Assembly: GCA_964019335.1 (NCBI GenBank)
Contig: OZ025651.1
Span: forward strand, 682,001 to 746,000
Length of the DNA: 64,000 nt
Direction of reading: 5' to 3'
Source: Diplonema japonicum
Lineage: Eukaryota; Protista; Euglenozoa: Diplonemea
Numbering within the stretch: position 1 is the stretch's first letter; each line of letters opens with the position of its first letter. Below, piece by piece: positions 12,301 through 19,940 of the stretch. The position numbers and the translations under genes are program-made. Below the pieces are notes generated by a model. It was not told the DNA's origin and did not search any database. It saw only the letters and a program-made list of their open reading frames with translations.

Positions 12301-12988
12301 CGTCCCCGCCTGGTGGATGGCCCCGCTGCTGAACAGGACTATCGTTGTAAAGGTTGTTGCGGACATTGTGTCCCTCAGCAGCGATGACAGCCTCCTGCTT
12401 GACCCCTCTGTGGGGCTCCAACTGTGCCGCAACTTTGTTAATCTAGCAGGTGCTCGTCTGCTGGAGATGACGAAAGATGGGTTTGCACTGAGCTTATGCC
12501 AAGTGATACAAGAGTATGCTGTGGACAAAGTGGCAGAAAAGGAGAGAGACAACTTCCTCGAGGGTGTTCGAGGTGTCTTGAAGGGGAGGATGGGGGTGAA
12601 AATGGGGAACGAGATTGCTGGGCCTGCACAAGGGAAGGTTCTGAGGTGTCTGAGACACTCAGCTGTGATAGTTATTTTGTGTCAAAGCGAAGAGATGCAA
12701 GCAAGCCTGCCGGAATATGTCCAGTCTTCAGCATCCTTGAAATACTGGTCGTTCCTTGACGCACGTGGGCATCACATCCGCGGTTTGCTGGTGAGGTCCC
12801 GCCACTGCTTCCCGAATGGTGCGAAGCTTGTCCTTTATGACCCTCCTGTTGACCTCACCCTGTGCCTCGCTCTGCGCCACCCAACACCCTTTTCCGTCCC
12901 GCCGGAGTCGATTGTTTGTGTACACTCCTCACTCCCCCCGCAGTTCGAGCCCACCCTTCACGGGCTGTACACTACGGTTGCTTTGTAA
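6314..12988 (+). CDS. Divergent, truncated dynein heavy chain-like protein (2224 aa)
   Basis: Tail/linker motifs MKPAHWTQV and RSACPRLCLLDDTQLL (cf. FPRFYFLSDDELL). AAA1 remnant GAVHSGWWVVVE. AAA2 LVGEVGSGKT and ELYG...WQEGLIP. AAA3 LGARRSGKT. No stalk or AAA5-6 recognisable. Intronless. Confidence 0.8.
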   Translation: MLLSQPTLPRTGLLPRRLAAVDAEAAAEGTKWQQRSKRKKLPRVPTHIKKIALLEKGLLLPCGATEVDRKILDPNSIFHWIHVLQHDDESTERDTIYFTRSKSDKIDFRAVPRHLVDITNVTRVERQHLITLVDGAVDTVTTLKNLVSESMLLLRIDRIPFFSSARKRTLTKVFTTWAQLRRVRTYHARRTALRSALFHLHPVLRKCIRTCKEHAEQIKSIALFVWGPSETNTLDSFTQVLTAHRNAAITNVSRKIEDIKAAALECCSEVFYTTRFDGTSLEFLANAMQHNCCWKGAVESKAGLMRRTQMNAPAVELGPPEGYVISFTEQTAVVTHTMRILRLFRLLDQMATVALHESLLAAVVSIADEIPNPPCFFHTMLAEHGFVLSLEPPPMHLADVITSYVASLVQHMSHVPVLAAYPEFEQHVHRLQEAALDGERSAEYSQHLVLSVKAAVEDDQRFTNALATIEEGVRKAASEVTCHVQCYVPLMEDMRRCSEYTIAPTVDPPLWETYVDDIESVRRTINSMQGSLQVRFFDIDASMLQAKLLPMLDTVLACFADEIPKVAAVEVASLCDELVDAMAQVAARPETAVEHHTVIRRIINVQQNHYLVEARYLNLKAAYDVLQRLHGEYSQLNDTHFVRLTTTYQSYTTILSGLEADKDALLCSYHKVFKVLSREWDAEVNEVRLVVGAKKLAVVGEDPDVALGALTTALQTLAQILECTEQCNVFHNDIGLPEDDTHAEQALREEANQRYVIWELWKAVSELDRQWKQATLFQGELRDMEPTLVSLKQKYQKLNRGGLTHTPQILSSVRDILLQYTKVLPVVTAILHADMKPAHWTQVAGILGVDTAEKDTITVADLCRLDAQCYASEVEAVAQRAGTEEKVRRCFFEYNEKWQDEEVPFATWDGLMKYPVFGDLLAKKCEAEDTVEVLACLKGKGCAGVEQQITCLAQKLVVVAQNLQLLHEMQVLWMSYETVFASPEMQRVTGGSKAFTDYDRCFRDIVKKTTTAGASLLHLLCASAITKQLQQNLSTAGKLAACVQDFLSARRSACPRLCLLDDTQLLYASESHFKTPNMNQILQLFGNHVENFSISSDALSGCQQVNGIISLLGDELQLSSVRVRGHLDTWVPAVDAAIKDSVKGLILQGIEEDNDDPVHLATVYPSHVALVIWRVLYGKVRGERKQRLATQKESLVLALQGGMHSSCELTSLSNLLLVIAHQMTLDVQSPLFTLGTEGTVRIEVAGETIAYGNDFTSAALPEPLHAGSMELFGEMVRASCGEHALGVNCYTRSVESACQIAQYTGRVFYKIPYCSTWNLEELTKGTARRILGAVHSGWWVVVECLERATPAHVEGICQVVRAVCDRELERLAGMPVGNLNRDTMLIVGQHTGRVPKSLVEAFRVSCWMKPPVLKDLRLVGETILAKESREILMCLTNVIKCIQTCCQLWSDQGGPTPLSTLLTVLKVYRCSNENSDLRYIASTVLTNTANVLSVETDVQTVIQSHLSNISSSMNLADEGPPKALLPIINLSLMRCLTKQPLCLVGEVGSGKTPVIKYVSQQIDASRKTVAPSAVTARELYGYTSVGGDWQEGLIPNIVVSALKNNRHTAIVLDADNTGDWMQDLIPCFHSSPSLYASPRDGFVTWNEGIQFILECRSLGCCRPGFLEVLFVVSFETVVMPAEKVVLWAVQSYLNKVGCEHYTDPYVGDVLLRVVSDLTPHADGAALASLESGWQVAPTSRKVLLSRVGSLFATLLRGLNIDSSEFRKRCDECMWFAITWGVGGSCIPSNRDKLLASHLKPSQRNYFEVDVDGVPWGTRVVKSSMLHENADVVRCREVAALYQKSTVGVCVLGARRSGKTTRVKDLLRYVESSVAGVTGHGHHIDDARHVYTKVRTAAEKKSLLMIVVEDMGLCTPALHETVREVVSLGVGRSKKGTLWDLPANAPKPCLIATLATPTGLYPATLLAKMGILHIDDTNPQGALQLWCVHLLNNIMDGVPAWWMAPLLNRTIVVKVVADIVSLSSDDSLLLDPSVGLQLCRNFVNLAGARLLEMTKDGFALSLCQVIQEYAVDKVAEKERDNFLEGVRGVLKGRMGVKMGNEIAGPAQGKVLRCLRHSAVIVILCQSEEMQASLPEYVQSSASLKYWSFLDARGHHIRGLLVRSRHCFPNGAKLVLYDPPVDLTLCLALRHPTPFSVPPESIVCVHSSLPPQFEPTLHGLYTTVAL

Positions 12989-13167
12989 AGGGCTTGGCTG
13001 CCCTTTTTGTTTCTCTGGTTTTATTGTAAAAAAAAGTGCCTTTTCAGGCGTTCTTTTTTTTTTTTTTTTTTTGCCCCCTCGGTTTTTTTTCTTTCAACGG
13101 AAAAAAAGAAAAAAAAAAAAAAAAAAAAAACACAACAGGGGAGACGGGATATATTTTGTAAAAAAAA

Positions 13168-14068
13168 ATGGGAAACGAAAGCAAACTAGTCGTGTTCGGG
13201 GCGGGGGGCGTGGGGAAGTCTGCAATTTCGGTGAAATTCGTGCAGGTAATGTTCAAGAGAAGAAGAAAGAAAAAAAAGAAAAAGTAACAAAAAAAAAACA
13301 AAAAAACAAAACAAAAAACAGGGTAAATTCGTGCAGCTATACGACCCATCTATCTGTGACAAGTACAGGAAGCAAGAAACAATCGACGGCGAGGTGGAGA
13401 TCATCGAAGTCGTAGACACCGCAGGGCAGGAGGAATACAAACCCCTGAGAGCACAATACTACCAAAAGGGCGAGGGGTTCATTGCGGTCTACAGCATCAC
13501 AGACCGAGGGAGCATGGGTGAGGTGGAGAAACTACGGGATGATGTCCTGGAAGAGAGGGGCTGCAGCTGGGTGCCTATGGTGCTCGTGGGGAACAAGTGC
13601 GATCTGGAGACTCAGAGGAAGGTGACAAAATCAGAAGGTGAGGCGTTGGCCAAGAACTGGTTCGGGGAGAACAAAGGCATACCCTTCTTTGAAACGTCTG
13701 CTAAGGACGCCATTAACATCAATGAATGTTTCCATCAAATCGTGCGCGAGCTGCGTTCTCAAAAGGCAGGTGGTGGGGGTGGGGGTGGGGGTGCCCCGTC
13801 TGCCCCTGCCGCAGCTACCACCCCTGCGCCCTCTGCCCCTCCCCCCTCGGCCCCGGCCGCCGCCGCGGCCCCGGCCGCCGCGCAAGTTGATCTGGTTGAA
13901 ACAGGTGCTGCTCCAAAAGTGGCAAAGGGCCCCCCTCCTCCGAACGCAAAACCCCCTTCAGCAAAACCAGGCGGCAAGGCCCCTAAAAAAGCAGCCAAGA
14001 AACCAGGTGGCAAAACAGCCGAAAAAAAGAAGAAGAAGAAGAAGGGTGGGAAATGCTCTGTAATGTGA
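13168..14068 (+). CDS. Ras/Rap-family small GTPase; join(13168..13245,13322..14068)
   Basis: Exon 1 encodes MGNESKLVVFGAGGVGKSAISVKFVQ. Exon 2 carries YDPSI, DTAGQEEY, NKCD and ETSAK, then a polybasic tail and CAAX box (CSVM). Confidence 0.95.
13246..13321 (+). other. Intron, 76 nt (Ras)
   Basis: GTAAT...A-rich...AACAG. Joins the P-loop exon to the switch I exon in frame. Confidence 0.93.
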
Positions 14069-14555
14069 GGAGCGATTTTTTTTTTTTTTTTATTTGCAGG
14101 AAGGGAGGGGTGGGATGAATGAAATGTATACATAAAAAGAAGAAAAAAAAAATAGAAAGTGTCATGAGTCAGTTCCGTGATATCAAAAGAATAGGGGGGG
14201 GAGGAGGGAAGGGTGAGATGGTATTAAAAGGGAAGCGGCCCTCCTTTTTTTTTTTCAGCCTTTCCTTCTCTCTCTTTTTTTTACCACCTCCCCGTCTTTT
14301 TCTTTTTTCTTTTTGAATTAAAATATTATTCCCTTGCCTTTTCTCCTTTTTTCTTTCTCCCCCTTCACCATTTTTTTTTTTTTTTTTTTTTTTTTCCTTC
14401 CGTCTCTCGCAAATTCTTTTTTGTTCGTTTTCATTCTTCTTTTTTTTTTTTAAGGGTGGTCCTCAAAAGTGGGATTTGCCCTTAATACACCGCATTTTTT
14501 TCTCAAAAAAAAAAAAAAAATGGCCCATTCCCTTTAAGTAGTGAAAACGGCTGTC

Positions 14556-14612
14556 TTTTCTTTTCTTTTTCTTTTTCTTTTTCTTTTTCTTTTTCTTTTT
14601 CTTTTTCTTTTT
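14556..14612. repeat. (CTTTTT)n microsatellite
   Basis: Tandem CTTTTT units upstream of the IQ/EF-hand gene. Confidence 0.85.
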
Positions 14613-14669
14613 TTCCCCCTCGCCCCCACTTCTTTTTACTATGAACTCCCCTCCGTAGGCGGTGCAATA

Positions 14670-14701
<32 letters not shown>

Positions 14702-14702
14702 G

Positions 14703-15643
14703 ATGGCCACCCGTGAACGTGTGAATGCAGTGGAAAACGCAAGGGTAAAGGGAAAGCTCAGCCCAGCAGAGCGAAAGACGCTGATGGAGAAGATAGGCCA
14801 GTTGGAGGAAACGGAGCTGGAAGAAGAAATACAGCGATTGGAGGCAAAGCTGAAGCGAGACGTGTATGTGGCAGCGGAGTGCAAAGAACTGTTGGAACCT
14901 TACAGCACACTGCAAACCACGAGGGACCAACTATTTGCGGCGAGAACCATCAAGTTTTCGAGGATGACCGGAGAAGGGTATATGACAAAAAAAAAAAAAA
15001 AAAAATCACCAACACAGAGGGGAAAAATACGCTTCTGTAGTGCGGATACAGTGCTTATGCAGAGCCTACCTTGCTGGGCTGGCGTACAGAAAAAAACTGG
15101 AGTTGAAACGATCTAGTTTTGTTGCACAGTTAACTACGGACGACCTCAATGAATCTGTACTAGTGATCCAAGGGGTCATCCGGCAAAAACTCGCGCGGAA
15201 TGAGCTCGACCGTCGGCGATCCACGCTATACACACAACACGTTGCAATTTCAGGAAACAGTAGTTTCCAAGACAAAGTCAGTCGCCCCGAATCACAGACA
15301 CGATCCCTACCCTTAGATGAGGGGAACGCACAGTTGCTCCCTTATTACACCATCCACGACGTTTCTGGAGTTCCCCTCAGCGAAGAAGACCTTACAGAAT
15401 TGTTCAATTCCCTTGATTCTGGCCCTAAGGGGTACCTTACAAAGTCCGAATTTAAAAACTTCTACGCAACATTGGATTCTTATGGTGTGCCCGAACCAGA
15501 AGGGTACGTTGACGATTTGCTTCGGCCTTATACTGTACTAGGTGTGATGGAAAACAAAACTTTAAAAAAAAAATAAAAAAGGTGATGATAAGTTAACTTA
15601 TGATGAGTTTGTGATTGTAATGCTCAAGCTATCTCAAAGATGA
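14703..15643 (+). CDS. IQ-motif and EF-hand protein; join(14703..14977,15018..15541,15582..15643)
   Basis: IQ-like motifs RIQCLCRAYLA and VIQGVIRQKLAR. EF hands FNSLDSGPKGYLTKSEF and, after splicing, LGDDKLTYDEFVIVM. Confidence 0.85.
14978..15017 (+). other. Intron, 40 nt
   Basis: GTATA...A19...CACAG. Joins two ORFs in frame. Confidence 0.88.
15542..15581 (+). other. Intron, 40 nt, A-tract-AG acceptor
   Basis: GTGTG...AAAAAAG. Removal completes the second EF hand. Confidence 0.9.
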
Positions 15644-15880
15644 GGGGCGGCAATATGTATTTTGATCGATATTTACACCCTTATGTCTTTTTTTTCTTTT
15701 CTTTTTCAAGAGTCCTTCCCCCTCCCCCCCCACCCATTCCCTCCTTTTTTGGTAAATAGTTTTTCCTCCCCCCCCCCCCCCCTCTTTTCCCGAGAGATGA
15801 AAATTTTGAAAAGATAAAAAAAAAAAAGGTGCTCGCAAAAATGTAAAAAAAAAAAAATAAAATAAAAAAATAAAAATAAA

Positions 15881-17919
15881 ATGCCTCCAAGCAACGCCGA
15901 GGAAAAAAGAGGCCGCAAGCGGGCGGCCCAGGAAACCACAACAAAAGACGGAAAACAACGGAGGAAGAGACCACAAAGCCCTCCTAAAAAAGAAATCGAG
16001 ATGCCGGTACCGATAACCGCGAGGCAGCGGGCGATCCTGGCAGCGGCGGCAACCGCTGAGGAGAACAGGAGATGGGTCACGTGGCAGTGGCAAACGAGGA
16101 GACATCCCAACGCAAAACTGAAAAAAACACAATCACCCGAAAAAGACGGGAAACCCCCAGGGTCCACTTCATTCACAAACCCAAGACCACCTACCATGCC
16201 CGAACTGTATCTGATCAAACAATTAACCCGACCAATTCTCGAATCCCAAGACCTCCAAGGCTTCGCATCATACCTTAAAAACTGCAAAAGAGTCGTCGTG
16301 TGCGTCGGTGCAGGCGCATCTGTCGCAGCAGGAATACCAGACTTCAGAACACCAGGAAAAGGTCTTTACAGCAACCAGCGACTCCGAGAATACAATGTTC
16401 CAAAACCGGAAGACGTATTCAACCTCAGATACTTTAAACGCAGACCAGACGCATGCTACGCGATGCTGGACGAAATGTGGCCCGGGCGATGGCCGCCGAC
16501 ACGTGTTCACTACTTCCTCCGACTTCTCCACGAGAAGGACATGCTCTCCAGGGTGTACACGCAGAATATCGACGATTTAGAAAGGCTTGCCGGCGTACCA
16601 CCAGAGCTTCTTGTCGAAGCACACGGAACGTTCTCCTACGTTCAATGCGTAGATTGTGGGTTCAGCCCTCGCATAGAAGTTATGCGGAGTGACCTTGGTA
16701 GAGGTGTCCGTCCAATGTGTCAGGAATGCACTAAAAACGTAGTTAAACCGGTCAAAAGCCCTGCACCAGACATCGTAGTGAAGAACCCCACAGAGCTTCC
16801 AAGCAAGCTGTTCGTGTACGGCTCGTACCGGCCGGACGACTCGGCGAGGATTGAGCCGCTTCACCTTCTCTTCAAAGATGGGTTCGACTTCATGCCTGCC
16901 TATGTGAAGGGCGTCAAGCTCTACCACGATGCCCGCCCTGTCATAAGCATCCCTGATCAGACAGCAACGATGGACGACAAGGTGACAGGGTACCTTATGA
17001 AGACAAAGGACGAAGCTGTGTTCAGAGCGAAATTATCCGAACTCGATGTCCGGGAAGGATGTCCTGTGTTGTGTAAACGGGTGACAGTATGGGCCCACCC
17101 TGCCGACGGCGGGGATCCCGTGCAAGCTGAGGTTTACCACTATCCGAATTGTGCTAAACACACTGTGGTGCCTCATGGAGATTGGGAGAAACGGCGGGAC
17201 TGGAAGTCCCTCCCTGAGGTGAAAGGGTTGATCAAGCCCGGGATCGTCTTTTTCGACGAGGAGCTCCCCGAGGTGTTCTCCCCCAAGCAGATCGAGCAGG
17301 ACATGAACTCCGCAGACGCGTTGATCATCATTGGAACGTCACTGCGGGTGACGCCGTTCTGCTGGCTCCCTCAGCTTGTCAACTCGTCGTGTCCCAGACT
17401 GCTTCTCAACCTCAATGCCAGAGAAGTTGGTGTGAAGGCAAACTTCACCATTGACTGGCCTGGGTGGAGAGATGTAGCCCATGATGGTGACTGCCAAAGC
17501 GCTGTTACACAATTATGTGAGCTCTTAGGGTATGAAGATTATTTGGGAGAAGTGATTTTTTTTTTAAAGGTGGGAAACGGAGCTTTTGCGCTTGAAAACC
17601 GAAGGGGACGCAAAGATGCGGAAACAATGGAAAGAACAGGTATGGATGGGAAAAATATTATTTGGAGGGGAAAAAAAAAATACAGGAAACGGTGCGGCGA
17701 GACCCATCGGAATTGCCCAGACCCGTTTATCCGGAACAGTTGGAAGGAGAGTCCATGGAATTGTATCTCAGCAGTACTGATGAAGAGGACGAAGAGGAGG
17801 AAGACGAAGAAGAGGAGGAGGAAGAGGAGGAGGAAGAGGAAAGCGCCACACCGGTCACCACTCTGCAACCAACAGTCTCTGCCCCGCCCCCGTCCCCATC
17901 GACTCCGTTAGCAAAATAG
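15881..17919 (+). CDS. Class I sirtuin (Sir2) with an inserted GGACT/AIG2-like domain and acidic tail; join(15881..17529,17570..17639,17686..17919)
   Basis: GAGASVAAGIPDFRTP, YTQNIDDLE, VEAHGT, CVDC...CQEC, IKPGIVFFDE and GTSLRVTP. Splicing restores LCELLG|WETEL. Confidence 0.92.
17530..17569 (+). other. Intron, 40 nt (sirtuin intron 1)
   Basis: GTATG...T-tract-AAAG. Removal restores the conserved LGW. Confidence 0.88.
17640..17685 (+). other. Intron, 46 nt (sirtuin intron 2)
   Basis: GTATG...A10 TACAG. Removal brings the acidic poly-E tail into frame. Confidence 0.85.
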
Positions 17920-18070
17920 TAGTTTTCTTTTCTTTTTTTCTTTTTTATCCCCTTCCCAAAAAAAAAAAGAGAAAAAATGTGTTTTTTTTTTGTTCCTTCT
18001 CCACCCCCTTCACCTGTGAATCTTTTTTTTATTTCTTTCTTTCCCCCCCATTTAAAAAAAAAAACCCAGC

Positions 18071-19822
18071 ATGCATCCTATATGTTTGGCCATCCGGCGT
18101 ATAAGAAATTCTGGAAACTGGGAGCAAAGGCTTCAATTAAGCAAGCAAATCGCGGAGAATGGATGGAAAGAGTTGACCCCATGGGATGTGGCTGAGGTAG
18201 CCTCCTTCGCGTGGTGCGTGAAGGGTGACCGAGAAGGAACGAAGAACGTAGTGAACGTGGTGGAGAGCTGGGTGAGGAACGGGGGGATGCTGACACTGCA
18301 CACAGCGGCGGTAACTGCTGACGGACTACAGAAAGCCGGGTTGCACAACGACACTATCTTCAGATCCATCGCCTCTACCGCAGTGAAGGAAGGCCCAAGA
18401 TGCGAACGCACACAGAAAAACCTTGCAAGCTTCATAGAAATCCTCAAATGTGCACTGGTGTTGAAGTTCCCATCATATTTAATACTAAAAAGCGCCGAAG
18501 CACACATTACAAACGTGAAAATATCGCACCTCAACGACTTCCCCATCCTGACAAAAGCCGCCGTTAACTGCCGTAAAAGGATATCACCCAAACTACTGGA
18601 GAAGCTAGCGTGCGACTTCTCCATACTCGTCTCGATAAAGAAGAACCTCCACCCCGATCATGTAGCTACGTCTGTTGTTAATTTCGTACACCTCCGCAAC
18701 AAGGATCCGTTTTTGTACACTGCCGCTGTACGCCATGTTACCGGTTCAGATAAATCGAATCTAACCCCCGATACCACCACCTGTTTGTTAGTTAGTCTTG
18801 TGAAGGTTCAGCAGGATCAGCCCGGTCTGGACTTGCTGCACTTCTTCACACGGAAACGGTCGGATTCGTTTTGGAGCGGTGTATCGGCCACGACCGCACG
18901 GCAGTTACTTTTCGTCGCGGCGTCCCTTCGGTCGAATAAACCCGATCTCTACACCCGATTGGGGAACATTCTTCTCGGGAGCACACCGAATAGCTGCGAA
19001 ACCCCCGAAACGCTATCAAGAACATGCGCTTTCTTCACCCAAGCAGACTACACCAACCATGATAGGCTTGTTGTTTTAACCGACAGAATGCATGATATGA
19101 GAGATACCGCTGTTTTGAAGAATGTCGCTGTCCTATTCGACGCATGGGCTCGTTACATCACCCGCCGGAAGAATCTAACATTCAAAATCGCAAAATCCGA
19201 TCGGAAAACACACGATATGTGGCAGGTCATCCTCCCCATATTTTGCGAGGGGGAGGAGGATTTGCGGGCGAACGATGCCGGCGAGGTCCCGGCTGCAAAG
19301 CTTCGCGAGCTCCTCAACAACGTTTTGCAAAGAAAGCCTGCTGTGAGACCTTTAGACACCGCAATGATAGCTGGGGTGCTTCATGTTGTGGACATACAGG
19401 AGTTTCAATGGCCGGATTGGGCTTTGTGTGACATCGACCCGTCACGGCTCTTTCCAGAGGTGGTTGTTGAGCTTTGTGTGGGTCTGCACCACACGGGCCA
19501 CTCGATCCCGCGTGCTGTGCGGGATTTTCTGATATCAACGAAAAGTCTTCAGCACGAGAGTGTTCACAAGTTAATACCTGTTTTCTCTGATGATTCCGCG
19601 GTGCTCGCGTCCATCAGCAGTTTCGTCGCAGCCCGCCCCTGGTCTCCCCAAGAAATTATGTCGCACGGGGGACCTATTCTTGCAGCGTTTTCACACTGTC
19701 AGTACCTCCCTCCCGACCATCTTGCATTGTCCGAAATCATGGAAAAGCCTCTTCTTTCGTCATCGCTGCCCACGGTGCAAAAAGCCGTGCGGCAATGGAG
19801 GGCTCTATGCGGAAACAATTAA
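18071..19822 (+). CDS. Hypothetical alpha-helical repeat protein (possibly an organellar RNA-binding FASTK/OPR-like protein)
   Basis: 583-aa ORF with ATG after an A-run, a basic N-terminus and recurring helical segments (e.g. HPDHVATSVVNFVHLRNKDPFLY). Family assignment is weak. Confidence 0.7.
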   Translation: MHPICLAIRRIRNSGNWEQRLQLSKQIAENGWKELTPWDVAEVASFAWCVKGDREGTKNVVNVVESWVRNGGMLTLHTAAVTADGLQKAGLHNDTIFRSIASTAVKEGPRCERTQKNLASFIEILKCALVLKFPSYLILKSAEAHITNVKISHLNDFPILTKAAVNCRKRISPKLLEKLACDFSILVSIKKNLHPDHVATSVVNFVHLRNKDPFLYTAAVRHVTGSDKSNLTPDTTTCLLVSLVKVQQDQPGLDLLHFFTRKRSDSFWSGVSATTARQLLFVAASLRSNKPDLYTRLGNILLGSTPNSCETPETLSRTCAFFTQADYTNHDRLVVLTDRMHDMRDTAVLKNVAVLFDAWARYITRRKNLTFKIAKSDRKTHDMWQVILPIFCEGEEDLRANDAGEVPAAKLRELLNNVLQRKPAVRPLDTAMIAGVLHVVDIQEFQWPDWALCDIDPSRLFPEVVVELCVGLHHTGHSIPRAVRDFLISTKSLQHESVHKLIPVFSDDSAVLASISSFVAARPWSPQEIMSHGGPILAAFSHCQYLPPDHLALSEIMEKPLLSSSLPTVQKAVRQWRALCGNN

Positions 19823-19940
19823 ACCCCCCCATCCTCTGAACGTGCCGTCGGCTTGCAAATTGACTTCTCCCCCCCCCCCCCCCCCGCGACAATTTGTCTT
19901 TTCGAAAAAAACTTTTGTAAGGGAAAGAGAAGAAAAGAAA

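Noticed and set aside
19590-19940. 5' extension of PEX1 overlapping the upstream gene (similarly ORF starts 14541, 22808, 37124, 58410, 61238, 62686)
   Set aside because: The extensions run through homopolymer spacers from non-preferred starts. Downstream ATGs after purine runs or AG fit better.
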